Shown here piece by piece: positions 1 to 9,979 of a stretch of 64,000 nt of DNA. Positions within the stretch are counted from its first letter, which is position 1, and the number at the start of each line of letters is the position of its first letter. Source of the DNA: Dehalococcoidia bacterium. Its GTDB lineage: Bacteria > Chloroflexota > Dehalococcoidia > Lucifugimonadales > UBA3495. Location of the stretch: assembly GCA_965215975.1 (NCBI GenBank), contig OZ244136.1, positions 1,556,516 to 1,620,515 on the forward strand. Direction: 5' to 3'. A program made the position numbers and the translations under genes. The notes beneath the pieces were generated by a model. It was not told where the DNA came from. It saw only the letters and a list, made by a program, of their open reading frames with translations, and did no database searches.

Positions 1-163
1 TAATCCATTGCTCAACCTCCGCCGGTCTACGGCAAAATATGATTGGATGCAACCGGGATCGTCATGGCGGACACGGGCTATGTGCTGCTCCTTTCGTTAC
101 GAATTATTATCCATCCAAGAAAAAACATCTGCCCTTGCCCGGCAATTCAACGTAATATACGAT

Positions 164-190
164 TGTAATATTGTATATGTCAATATTACA
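164..190. promoter_or_regulatory. Inverted repeat, probable operator of a minus-strand gene starting at nt 8
   Basis: TGTAATATTG-N7-CAATATTACA perfect 10-bp arms in AT-rich DNA; on the minus strand GGAGG precedes an ATG at nt 8. Confidence 0.5.
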
Positions 191-230
191 TGCAGGCAAA
201 GGCAGAATATATTTGCATAATTGTGAGTTG

Positions 231-2537
231 TTAAGTTATTGGGCCGAAATCAGGTGGCATAACTCTTCTACGTGATGCTGATTCGTAAGACGATGCTACG
301 TTCAGCAGCAGGTCCTCTTTTCCCGGCTCGGTCCGGAATACCAGCGAGAATGGCAGGCCAGGCGCGTCCAGCGCCGTGGGTTCAGTGGACGGCGCCGACT
401 CGTACCTTGTGCCATCTTCCGATAGCCGGAAGACCGGATCATAGGCGGTCTGCACATATCCTGCCGGTATCAGCACTTCGGTAAGCCCGGCGTTGGGGCC
501 GTTGGTGGACTCTTGCCGGATGTTGTTTCCGCCGCTGCTCTGGTTGGCCCCGCCGATTTTCGCCGGCGGATAGGGGGTATGCAGGCGGACCAGGGCATCC
601 AGCTTGTTCTCCAGGATTACCATCATATCCACCCGCCGCAGGAACTCCCGCAGCATGATCCGCTCGTCCACGCCCTGCCGGCCGCCCAGGGGGTTACGCA
701 GGTCAGTGACCTCCTCCCAGTTCTTGAAGGCCGCCCGCTGGTCGTCGCCCCAGAACTTGGAACGGGCATTGAGGGTGGGCCAGTCAATAATGGTCTCGGT
801 GTAGCCCAATGCCCGCCAGTCGGCGGCGCGACGGGTCAGGTACTGCTTTATGTGGTAGCGGAACGACATGGCCAGGATCTGGTCCTGGATGGTGGCCAGG
901 TCCAGGTTAACCGGCGGCTCAATCAGCCCGTCGGCCAGTTCCACGAAGTAGTCCACCGGCTGCATCTCGCCGGAGCCGAAGAAGACTCCGGGGGCAAACT
1001 CGGTGGGGACGATAACCTCGGCAAACTCCTTGAACACCGGTTGCCCGTCGGGGCCCAGCCGGTAAAGAATATCCGGCATGAAGACCGGCAACAGGCAGGC
1101 GATGGCCCGTCGGAAGTCCACCTTCATCGGCTCTATTTCCGGGTCGGCCGGGAAGTTCCGGTCTGAAGACTCCACCAATGTGGCGCCCAGGTGGTCCCGC
1201 AACACTTCCTTTATTTCGCGGTTAACCGCGTCCACGATTGGCTTCTCGGTAAGGGAACCGGCCGGGTAGGCCATGGACTCCCGGATAACGCCCAGGCGGA
1301 CGCCGGCAAGAGAACCGGCCTCGCCGGAACCCCGGGCATGGACCTGGTATGAAGGCAAGACTGAGGAACGGGGCACCGTAGTGAAGGGGTCGCGGGGGTC
1401 GTAATAGCCTTCCTCCGGGTCCTTCAGCGCGTCCAGCACCCTGGAGCAGTCCTGGATGGTGCGGGAGTGAATGCCGCTGCGGTCGCAATATATGTCGGCG
1501 CCTATGGCCCCGCCGTCAAACCCCAGCATGGCCTTGTGGGGCAGGATCAGGGCCACCGAATTGTGGTTGGCCGGCCCGCGGGTGGAGGCCCGAGTCTCCT
1601 CGCCCAGGCTGGCCATCACCATGTTGGTGCTGACCGACAGGGCCGACCCCGAGCTTGAACCCAGGGACGCGGAACGGGAGGTGTCGTAGGGGTTGGAGGG
1701 GTTGCCGCCCCAACTGCTGCGCTGGTATCCCAGCACCGAGGGCAGTATTTTATCGGGGGTGTGGCGCCCGCCGGGGTCGCCGGCACGACCGTTGTACTCG
1801 GTGTTGACCGCCTTGGCAAAGATAATGGCCCCCTTGTTTCGCAACTGCTCCACCAGGACGTGGTCGCGGGCAGGAAAGTCGATGTCGTATGCCGCATCGC
1901 CGCCGCCGGTGGACCGCATATCCCTGGTGTCGAAGGGGTCTTTAAAAGAGAAGGTGACACCGTACATGGGCAACGCTTCCAAATCCGGGTTGGTCCCGTA
2001 CTGGGCGTCCAGTTCCGCAGCCCGTTCCAGGGCGTCCGGGAACTGGCGGAAGTGTTCGCACACGGGAGGCGCATCTGGCGGGAGCGGCCCCTCCGAAGGA
2101 TGCCGGTCAAAGTCGCCCTTACAGGTAACCGACCGTTCACCGCGAATGTTCAGGGTGCCCAGGGCGTTCACCTGTCCCGCCTTCCGCCTAGCAACAATCA
2201 TCCCGTACTGCTGCTGCACCGTCGGGTCGGAGGCGGTGGGCTCCATCCGGCCAAATTCCAGGGGCTTGCCCTGGTACTTGTCCAGGTCGGGGAACAGTTC
2301 TGTTGCCTTGACCGTTTCAGTGGGAAACTTGATCGGGTCACCACCCCGCATGGTTCCAGTGGCCTCGGGGATGGACTCCCCGTTCTCGGTAACCAGCACG
2401 CTGGGTACGCCGTTGTATGCCCTTACCCGGTCAATGTAGCCCTGGACAATATCCACACAGGTGGTCTGGCCGGCCTGTATGGCGGCGTGCAGGTCTGCAA
2501 TGGTGGCCTCCTCCAGGCGGAACCGGTTTGCGCTCAT
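231..2537 (-). CDS. Amidase signature family protein
   Basis: FKDPF lysine, GSSSGS and GEETRASTRGP motifs; GGAGG before ATG at 2537. Confidence 0.85.
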   Translation of the reverse strand: MSANRFRLEEATIADLHAAIQAGQTTCVDIVQGYIDRVRAYNGVPSVLVTENGESIPEATGTMRGGDPIKFPTETVKATELFPDLDKYQGKPLEFGRMEPTASDPTVQQQYGMIVARRKAGQVNALGTLNIRGERSVTCKGDFDRHPSEGPLPPDAPPVCEHFRQFPDALERAAELDAQYGTNPDLEALPMYGVTFSFKDPFDTRDMRSTGGGDAAYDIDFPARDHVLVEQLRNKGAIIFAKAVNTEYNGRAGDPGGRHTPDKILPSVLGYQRSSWGGNPSNPYDTSRSASLGSSSGSALSVSTNMVMASLGEETRASTRGPANHNSVALILPHKAMLGFDGGAIGADIYCDRSGIHSRTIQDCSRVLDALKDPEEGYYDPRDPFTTVPRSSVLPSYQVHARGSGEAGSLAGVRLGVIRESMAYPAGSLTEKPIVDAVNREIKEVLRDHLGATLVESSDRNFPADPEIEPMKVDFRRAIACLLPVFMPDILYRLGPDGQPVFKEFAEVIVPTEFAPGVFFGSGEMQPVDYFVELADGLIEPPVNLDLATIQDQILAMSFRYHIKQYLTRRAADWRALGYTETIIDWPTLNARSKFWGDDQRAAFKNWEEVTDLRNPLGGRQGVDERIMLREFLRRVDMMVILENKLDALVRLHTPYPPAKIGGANQSSGGNNIRQESTNGPNAGLTEVLIPAGYVQTAYDPVFRLSEDGTRYESAPSTEPTALDAPGLPFSLVFRTEPGKEDLLLNVASSYESASRRRVMPPDFGPIT

Positions 2538-2709
2538 ATTTGCACCTCCCATGCTTCGGTAAACAAGAATCGATAAACAAGAAGTTGATGCTAGTTAACA
2601 GGGCAGCCACAAGGACTGCCCCGGAAATGGCTACCTGTAATTTTCTTCAGGAAGACCGTTGCGGACCTTCCTTCACCCCGATGTATGCCCCGGTGCGGGG
2701 AACCCGAAT

Positions 2710-3732
2710 TTAGTCAACCACCACCTGCTCATCCAGCAGAACGCCACCCTCGGTGTAAGCGATGGTTATGGGGTCGCGCTGCAGGGCGGCCTGGATGGCT
2801 TCGATTGGCATGCTGCGGGGGTTGCCCGGCGCAACTATGCGGCGCACCGCGTTGCGATGGACCACCCTGCCGTCGGCGGCGCTGCCCTGGGCCTGGTCTC
2901 GGCCTCCGGAGATGTTCACGCCCACTTCTACCTGAATATCCCGGGGGTCCAGGTTGTCGGACAGGGGCAGCAGGCGGCTCAAAGTGGTGGCCGTAGAAGC
3001 CGCCCAGCCGGCCTGGGCAGAAGGGAAGGGAGGGGGAATCAGCCCCGGGGAACTATGGCCTGCCATAAGAGTCCAGCGGCTGGTGTGGGTCAAGTTCTGG
3101 GTTTCCACATAAATTTTGGCCTCACCCTCGTGCTGCATGACGCCTTCTTCGTCGTACTCCTTGGTATCCAAAAGGTAGCTGCCGTGGACCGTTCCTGGCT
3201 GGATGACCGGCAGGGTGCCATCCAGGGTGGGCAGGTTGCCCAGGCTTGAGGGTATGGCGGTGATCTCGCCGGACCGCCACTGCACTTCGTCCTCGATTAC
3301 CATGGAACCTTTGGTCAGGGCCTGACCCACCGGGCAATAGCGAGATGCCCGCTGTAGCCGTACCCGTTCGCCCTCGGAAATGTTCCCTTTGAGGGTGACG
3401 ACTTCTCTTACGCCGAAACCGATGGAACCGGCGCGCTCGACAGGCTCAACCTCAAAGTCGACTTCAATATCTTCCAAGGGTATGCCGCCACGGTAGGCCA
3501 CGCCTACCACCGTGACAACCGTTCAAGCGGCCCAGGCGGCCACCGACAGGTATTGGGCCGGCGGACCGGCCAGGTCGGCGTTCAGGTTGGGTATGCCGGT
3601 AACGAAGGGCCAGGGCCCCCGGTTAATGTCGCCGGCGCCGATGAGGGTCAAGACCGCATCGTTGCCTATGGGTCTGGATACGATGGTCCTGCGGGTTTCC
3701 AGGGTTACCGGGGGCGGATTGTTCTGGGTCAT
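2710..3732 (-). CDS. OsmC/Ohr-like protein, probable selenoprotein (UGA at codon 70), 340 aa
   Basis: ORFs 3523..3732 and 2710..3510 are in one frame joined by TGA (AWAA-U-TVVTV); second Cys in RYCPV; AAGGAGG RBS only at 3732; hairpin right after the TGA. Confidence 0.8.
3489..3514 (-). promoter_or_regulatory. Putative bacterial SECIS element
   Basis: CACGGT-GGTAGGC-GTG-GCCTACC-GTG starting 9 nt after the UGA; perfect 7-bp upper stem with G-containing loop. Confidence 0.65.
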
Positions 3733-3936
3733 TGTGCCCTCCTTGTCGTTACATTGCAGCTGAGCCGATCGCTACTGGGCAGCTTGCAATCGGGGAAAAG
3801 TGGCAGTAGTTCGGAATACCCGCACTATAGGGGAGCGCTTGGCGGTGGTCAACCGGAGGATTGGGCGGATGCAGAGCCTGCCGTACACGGCAACGGCAGG
3901 CCTTGTTCTGTTCTATCCTGGAGGGGGGCAATATGG

Positions 3937-4173
3937 TTACATAGAATCCATTTCGGCGAGAAACCTCGCTACGTCGACACCTTCATATTCCAGAACAAAC
4001 TTGAAGTCGGCCCAAGGTATTGGGCCCCTGCTAAAATCCAGTTTGAGGGAGGGACCAAGAAGATTGGGGTTGTGGAGTAACGCGAAACCACCCTCCAAAA
4101 CGATAACTTTGTAACCTAATCGTTGGAGGGTAGCAATGGCGATTGCTTGGTAAACAGGTTCAGGCAAATACAC
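3937..4173 (-). CDS. Small protein, possible HicA-like toxin
   Basis: 78 aa, LQRLGY motif, overlaps 3' end of the HicB-like gene. Confidence 0.4.
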   Translation of the reverse strand: MYLPEPVYQAIAIATLQRLGYKVIVLEGGFALLHNPNLLGPSLKLDFSRGPIPWADFKFVLEYEGVDVARFLAEMDSM

Positions 4174-4468
4174 GGTTCTCTATGCGAGCAGTGACGGGCA
4201 GAACGCGACGGGCAGTATTCCCGGTGTCGTCGTCGCTGGCGTATCTAACATGGTGTGGTACATTGTGAAAGTCCAGGTATTGACGAACATCGGGAGTGTT
4301 CTTCAAGAAGAAATCTACGGCCTCAGATACCCGCCGTTCCACTTCCTCTCTGGTATCACCATATACCACCATTCCGATTGGGTCGACTTGAGCTGCCCAA
4401 TATTCTTCCCGTTCTTCCACCGTAACCAGGGCGTCAAAACTGATTATTAAGTCTTTCCTCCCTTCCAT
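4160..4468 (-). CDS. HicB-like antitoxin
   Basis: YWAA...GDTREEV...EAV pattern typical of the HicB N-terminal fold. Confidence 0.55.
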   Translation of the reverse strand: MEGRKDLIISFDALVTVEEREEYWAAQVDPIGMVVYGDTREEVERRVSEAVDFFLKNTPDVRQYLDFHNVPHHVRYASDDDTGNTARRVLPVTARIENRVFA

Positions 4469-4699
4469 TTCTATTGTTCTCCTCTGCGATGGTTAGAATA
4501 TTGGTGCTCAGAATATTGGTGCCACGATTAAATTTTAGCACAGGCGATGCTACCGCAATCGGCTTCTACACCGGACGCTGACATTGGTTCAGCGTCACCA
4601 CCCCAAGGGTAACTTCGGTAGCGGACGATTTCCCAGTGAGGACGCAAATCACCGACGGCCTGGAATCGTTGGACTCCGCGACAACGGAGGCTTCACTGC

Positions 4700-5926
4700 T
4701 TAAGGGTCAATGTCAAAGGGCCCGGGCAGTTCCAGTTCATCGCCAATTTCGCGGATGGCGGGCAGCACTTCCTGGTCCATCAACTGCAGGCAGCGCATGG
4801 TGGCTTCGTGTGAAATGGAGCCGTCGTTGGTCCACACGGCCAGGATACCGGGACGCACCTGCTCCAGTACCTCTCGCACCTTGCGAATGACGGTGTCCGG
4901 ACTGCCGATGACCATACGGTTGTCGTCTATCATTCCCTGGAAGGTCTCGTCGGTTACCGGGCCGGTTCGGAAGGGGTCGCTGGCCCTGGTTTCACGCACC
5001 TTGGCCTCGCGCTCGTCGTCGGCCCACATGTCCCGCGTGGCCCGGTTGTAACCAGGCGGGAAGGAGTATTCGCGGGGCATGGGAACGCGGCCAACGCCGA
5101 CCAACGCCTCCAGGAAGCCGCGACCTTCGACCTTCGCCTTTTCATCGGTGTCCTGCACGTGGATGGGCAGCATGTAGCCAAAGTTCTGGGGGCCGGCTTC
5201 GTAGCCGTGCATCCTGGCGGCGTCGCGGTAGATGTCCTGCATGTAGCCGAAGGTATAGGGCACGATCCCCAGGTAGAAGTAGGGATAGTGGTGTTCGGCG
5301 CACCAGGCCGCCGTTTCCGCGCTGCCGGTGCCCGGGATCCATACCGGGGGATGGGGCTTCTGCAGCGGCACCTGGAAGGGATTGACGTGCCGGAAGTGGT
5401 AGTGCTTGCCTTCCCAGCGGAAGGGGCCAGGGGTAGTCCAGGTCTTGATGACCAGATCGTGGGCCTCTTCGAACCGCTCGCGGTTGTAAACTGGATTGGT
5501 GTTGGTAGCCCAGCTTTCGGTGCCGCCGCCCCGCACAAAGCCGGACACCAGGCGGCCCCGCGATATGCAGTCGATCTCGGCCAGTTCTTCGGCAAGGCGC
5601 AGGGGGTTTTCGTGGATAGGCAGCGGGTTGCCCATCAATACAATCTTGGGTTTCTTGGTGATGCGGGCCAGGATGGCGGCCTCCAGGTTCATCGCGGCGC
5701 CCAGGCTGGTGGGGGTGCTGTGATGCTCGTTGAGCATCATCCCGTCGAAACCTATCTCCTCGCAGTACTGCCACTCGTCAAGGTAATAGTTGTACTGGTC
5801 GGCGGCCACCGCCGGATCAAAGTGGGAATTGGAGAAGGTGACGCGGTGAGCGCCGCCGGGACTGTTCTTAACGTCCTCTTCGGTGTAATTGAAGTAGGCC
5901 CGCTCGGTAAATCTCATTACGAACAT
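4700..5926 (-). CDS. LLM class flavin-dependent oxidoreductase
   Basis: NEHH, PLRLAEE, SRGRL, QKPHPP, IGSPDTV motifs. Confidence 0.92.
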   Translation of the reverse strand: MFVMRFTERAYFNYTEEDVKNSPGGAHRVTFSNSHFDPAVAADQYNYYLDEWQYCEEIGFDGMMLNEHHSTPTSLGAAMNLEAAILARITKKPKIVLMGNPLPIHENPLRLAEELAEIDCISRGRLVSGFVRGGGTESWATNTNPVYNRERFEEAHDLVIKTWTTPGPFRWEGKHYHFRHVNPFQVPLQKPHPPVWIPGTGSAETAAWCAEHHYPYFYLGIVPYTFGYMQDIYRDAARMHGYEAGPQNFGYMLPIHVQDTDEKAKVEGRGFLEALVGVGRVPMPREYSFPPGYNRATRDMWADDEREAKVRETRASDPFRTGPVTDETFQGMIDDNRMVIGSPDTVIRKVREVLEQVRPGILAVWTNDGSISHEATMRCLQLMDQEVLPAIREIGDELELPGPFDIDP

Positions 5927-6207
5927 GGGAAATTCTCCTGGATGCTGAGGTAGCCGAATTTATTGGTAACTTACCCTACGGCTTTACGTTAGTCAAACCA
6001 GGCGGAGCAAGCAAGTCAGAGTGGCCCCATCCCACACTCCTGTCCCAGAGGGAGAAGGAGGGTCGTCCACGAGGGACCACGAAGACCTGTTTGATAGATG
6101 AAAGGACACGGATAGCCAAGAGTCAGGGAAATATCGGGGTGGCCGTGGTAGGGGCACACGGCCGTGCGTCCCTACGGGATCTAATATTTAAACAGTGCGA
6201 TTACGCC

Positions 6208-7356
6208 TTACGACCACAACTGCTCCGAGGCCATTTTTGCCCCCTCTACCAGCGACGCCAGCTTCATCCACACAATCTTGGAATCCACCTGCAGGCGACC
6301 GGCGAAGGTGCCGAACCCGCAGTCCACGCCGGCGATCATATTCTCCTTGCCTACCACCCCGGCGTAGCGGACGAGGCGGTCGCACACCACCTCGGGATGT
6401 TCAACAAAGTTGGAGGTGGAGTCGATGACGCCGGGGATGATGATCTTGCCCTCGGGTAACTTGATGAAATCGCGCCACACCTTCCACTCGTGCTCGTGGC
6501 GGGCGTTCGCCCCGGGGAAAGCCACGGCGGCGGGCTTGGCCTTCAGCACAATGTCGATGACGTCGCTGATGGGCACGTCGGTATGATGGGGGCCCAGGGT
6601 GCTGCCCCAGCAGATGTGCATCCGCATCCGGTCGGCGGGTATGTCGGCCACCGCGTAATTCAGCGCCTCAACATGCATCTCGGCTACTGCGCGAAACTCC
6701 TCCAGGGTCAGGTGGGAGAAGAGTTGATGGCGACCCAGGGCCAGGTCGGGGCAGTCCAGTTGCAGCAGGAAACCGGCCTCTGAGATGGCGTTGTATTGAC
6801 GCTTCATCACCTCGGCCAGGGCGTAGATGTACGCCTCGTCGGTGGGATAGTACTCGTTGTGCAGGAACCTGGAAATCTGACCAGGCGACGGCGAGGTCAT
6901 AAAGACCTCCTCGGCGCTTGCACCGGTGGAAGCTGCCCGCAGATTCTCAATATCCATCTCCACTGCCGGCCAGTCCATCCACTCGATGGGACCGGTGCAG
7001 GTGGGCCGTACCTGGAAGGGAGAGGCAAAGGGCTTCAGCAACTCGGCCAGTTCGGGAAACTCCACATCGCTGGTCATGCCGCCCAGGGGTGTGCTTTCGC
7101 CGTCGTAGCCGGTTAGCCGGTCTTTAACGTAGACGGTGTAGTCCACCCTGCCTTGCTCGCCGTCGTTGACAACGTTCAGGCCAGTCTCCACCTGCCGGTT
7201 GAACACCTCCTGCACGGCGGCGCGAACCGACGAGTCCAGTTGGGCCCGCTCCGACAGGCGTGCCTGCTGCTCTTCTACCAGCAAGCCCAGCATATCCGGG
7301 GGCCGGGGCAGGCTGCCCGTGTGGGTTGTGAGGATACGATCAACGCTTTGCTTCAT
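6208..7356 (-). CDS. Cobalamin-independent methionine synthase II family protein
   Basis: TTHTGSLPRP, DGEQ, HICWG, DCGFG motifs; start set at MKQSVDR. Confidence 0.9.
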   Translation of the reverse strand: MKQSVDRILTTHTGSLPRPPDMLGLLVEEQQARLSERAQLDSSVRAAVQEVFNRQVETGLNVVNDGEQGRVDYTVYVKDRLTGYDGESTPLGGMTSDVEFPELAELLKPFASPFQVRPTCTGPIEWMDWPAVEMDIENLRAASTGASAEEVFMTSPSPGQISRFLHNEYYPTDEAYIYALAEVMKRQYNAISEAGFLLQLDCPDLALGRHQLFSHLTLEEFRAVAEMHVEALNYAVADIPADRMRMHICWGSTLGPHHTDVPISDVIDIVLKAKPAAVAFPGANARHEHEWKVWRDFIKLPEGKIIIPGVIDSTSNFVEHPEVVCDRLVRYAGVVGKENMIAGVDCGFGTFAGRLQVDSKIVWMKLASLVEGAKMASEQLWS

Positions 7357-7491
7357 GGTTGTGGGCTCTCCTGTGGCAGGTAATGAAATGTTTTGATTTC
7401 CGGGAAACTGCATCCTGGGTTTGGTGTGCCAACTATCCCAATAGCATGTGGTTCTGAGTGAAGCCGAAGAACCCGAGGAACCCCTGAACAA

Positions 7492-7532
7492 GTCCCTTTC
7501 CCCGTCAAGGAGGAAGGTTAGGATTGGGGGTG
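7492..7532. repeat. REP-like element (GTCCCTT...GAAGG..GGATGGGGGTG family)
   Basis: Similar copies at 25271, 25546 and interrupted at 29213-29705. Confidence 0.6.
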
Positions 7533-7620
7533 CCGGCGCTCATTGCATAGCTGACGCAACTAAGCTCCGCCCGGAGCTTTCGGCTTTCGCGGCAATGCCA
7601 ATGACCTAATCACAGATTCC

Positions 7621-8028
7621 CTAGCTGTGCTCACCCTCGGCCAACTGGAAATGGATGTTGTGGGAACTGCTTGGCTCGATGTTGGCCGTTTTGTAGCCGT
7701 AAGGACTGACCGACGGTCCCTCGCCCCGCAATTCGTTGCCCTTGGCTTTCAGGTCGTTGAACATGCCGTCTATGTCGTCCACGCCCCAGGCCACGTGCAT
7801 TACTCCGGGGCCGGTCTCGCGTAGCTGGCGAGCCAGGGCCGTGTCATCCCGGATTGGCTCGAAGAAATCCACCAGGGTCTCCCCGACCTGGAAGAGGACT
7901 GACTTGAAGCCCCGGTCGGTGAACTCGTCGACGCGGATGGGTTTGAGGTCGAAGTTGTTCTCCATGTAATCGGCTATGTCGGCAATGCTGTTAACGGCAT
8001 AGGTAACGTGGTGGACCTTGTTCAACAT
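7621..8028 (-). CDS. VOC family protein (methylmalonyl-CoA epimerase-like)
   Basis: MLNKVHHVT, GPGVMHVAW, FQLAE; C-terminal part of the 553-aa ORF. Confidence 0.85.
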   Translation of the reverse strand: MLNKVHHVTYAVNSIADIADYMENNFDLKPIRVDEFTDRGFKSVLFQVGETLVDFFEPIRDDTALARQLRETGPGVMHVAWGVDDIDGMFNDLKAKGNELRGEGPSVSPYGYKTANIEPSSSHNIHFQLAEGEHS

Positions 8029-8106
8029 GATGGACCTCCCCGCTGTTAGAATTGCTGCAAGCCTATTGCATTTGACGCCGCTATTCAACCCGCGGGAGGC
8101 AACGAG

Positions 8107-9120
8107 ATGAGCGACTACAAGATTTTTGAACTGGGCGATGTGGACCTCCAGTGCGGCCTGCGGTTGCGGGGTGCGCGCTTGGCTTACCAAACCTACGGAG
8201 AACTGAACGCCAACCGGGACAACGTCGTCGTCTTCCCCACCTTCTTTTCTTCCCGCCACGAGGCCAACGAACCCATGATCGGGCCGGGGATGGCGCTGGA
8301 CCCGTCCCGCTACTTCATCATCGTGCCCAACCTCTTCGGCAACGGCATTTCCTCGTCGCCAAGCAATACGCCGGAGCCCTACGACCGTGCACGTTTCCCC
8401 ACAATCACCTACTACGACAACATCAGCTTCCAGCATCGCCTGGTGACGGAGCAGTTTGGCATCGAACGCATCGCCCTGGTGTGCGGCTTTTCCATGGGAG
8501 CGCAGCAGTCCTTCCACTGGGGCGCGCTCTTTCCCGACATGGTGGAGCGGATAGCCCCCTGGTGCGGTTCGGCGAAGACTTCCCGGCATAACTTCGTTTT
8601 CCTGGAGGGTGTCAAGGCCGCCCTCCGCTCCGACGATGCCTGGAACAACGGCTGGTACGACACACCGCCCAGCAAGGGCCTGCGGGCTATGGCGAGGGTC
8701 TATGCCGGCTGGGCGCCGTCCCAGGCTTTCTACCGGGACAAGGTGTACCTGGACCTGGGGTTTTCGTCGCTGGAGGACTACCTGATTACCGCCTGGGAGG
8801 GTCGCTATCTGCAATTGGACGCCAACGACATCTTGGCCATGGTGTCCACCTGGCAGGCCGGAGATATCAGCGACAACCCACTGTACGAAGGCGACTTTGA
8901 GAAAGCGCTGGGCGCCATCAAAGCCAGGGCCCTTGTCATGCCGTCTCGGACCGACCAATACTTCCCGCCCGAGGACAACGAAATCGAGGTTGGCCTGATG
9001 CCCAACGCCCAGCTGCGGGTCATAGAGACTATCTGGGGTCACACCGGCGGTGGCCCGGGCCGCAACCCTGTGGACACGGCGTTTATTGACGCGCAGTTGA
9101 AGGAGTTGCTGGCGAGTTAG
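8107..9120 (+). CDS. Alpha/beta hydrolase, homoserine O-acetyltransferase-like
   Basis: AYQTYG, GFSMG nucleophile elbow, DQYF, WGH. Confidence 0.85.
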   Translation: MSDYKIFELGDVDLQCGLRLRGARLAYQTYGELNANRDNVVVFPTFFSSRHEANEPMIGPGMALDPSRYFIIVPNLFGNGISSSPSNTPEPYDRARFPTITYYDNISFQHRLVTEQFGIERIALVCGFSMGAQQSFHWGALFPDMVERIAPWCGSAKTSRHNFVFLEGVKAALRSDDAWNNGWYDTPPSKGLRAMARVYAGWAPSQAFYRDKVYLDLGFSSLEDYLITAWEGRYLQLDANDILAMVSTWQAGDISDNPLYEGDFEKALGAIKARALVMPSRTDQYFPPEDNEIEVGLMPNAQLRVIETIWGHTGGGPGRNPVDTAFIDAQLKELLAS

Positions 9121-9141
9121 CGAATCGGGACGCTGGAAGGG

Positions 9142-9873
9142 ATGGCAATAGGGCCGATGTCTCTGAGCATAGTCAACTGGAATGTCGAATGGGCCACGCC
9201 CCGCTCGCGGAGAACCCCGGAAATCCTCACCCGCATCAGTCAACATAGTCCCGAGGTTGCCTGCCTCACCGAGGCTGATCATCGGTTGTTTTCACAGCAG
9301 GGTTACACGATTTGCTCTCAACCCGACTACGGGTACGCGATAACCGAGGGCAGGCGGAAAGTCATGCTCTGGTCGAAGAATCCGTGGGAGCAGGTTGATG
9401 ATGTGGGGATGGATTCGCTGCCGCCGGGGCGGTTCGTTGCCGGTTCAACCCAGACATCCTTGGGTCAGGTCACCGTTGTCGGAATCTGTATACCCTGGTT
9501 TGGGTCGCGGACCAGGGATAAGCGCAAGAAGCGGTGGGAGGACCACGGGGATTACCTGGTCGGCCTGACTGAAATTCTGGATCGTATGGCGGGGTGGCGC
9601 CTGATAGTAATTGGGGACTTCAATCAGCGTATCGGCAAAGGCAGCCGCGCCCCCAGGGAACTTCAACTGGCGCTCCAAAAGGCCTTTGCTCCTAGCCTGG
9701 CAATCGTTACGTCCGGCCTTGCTCTTGAGGGGCGCGGCAGTATCGACCACATCGCGCTCAGTGCGGACTTGGAGTTGGAATCCCTGGGTGCCATCAGCAA
9801 TATCCAGGAAGGGGAAAAGCTGTCAGACCATTTTGGAGTCTTTGCCCAGGTGTCCGCGTTGCCTGCGCGTTAG
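9142..9873 (+). CDS. Endonuclease/exonuclease/phosphatase family protein
   Basis: NWNV, LTE, GDFN, IDHI, SDH motifs. Confidence 0.88.
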   Translation: MAIGPMSLSIVNWNVEWATPRSRRTPEILTRISQHSPEVACLTEADHRLFSQQGYTICSQPDYGYAITEGRRKVMLWSKNPWEQVDDVGMDSLPPGRFVAGSTQTSLGQVTVVGICIPWFGSRTRDKRKKRWEDHGDYLVGLTEILDRMAGWRLIVIGDFNQRIGKGSRAPRELQLALQKAFAPSLAIVTSGLALEGRGSIDHIALSADLELESLGAISNIQEGEKLSDHFGVFAQVSALPAR

Positions 9874-9979
9874 CGGAGCGGACGTACCCTGAGAGTATGA
9901 CACCGGCAGAGCGACAACCCAGCCCGTTCCTACAAGCTGACGGACTCACCATTGGGTCGATAGCCTCTCTGCCCCGGGC

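Noticed and set aside
7621-9282. 553-aa minus-strand ORF
   Set aside because: Only the last 135 aa are a real VOC protein; the rest is the antisense shadow of the hydrolase gene
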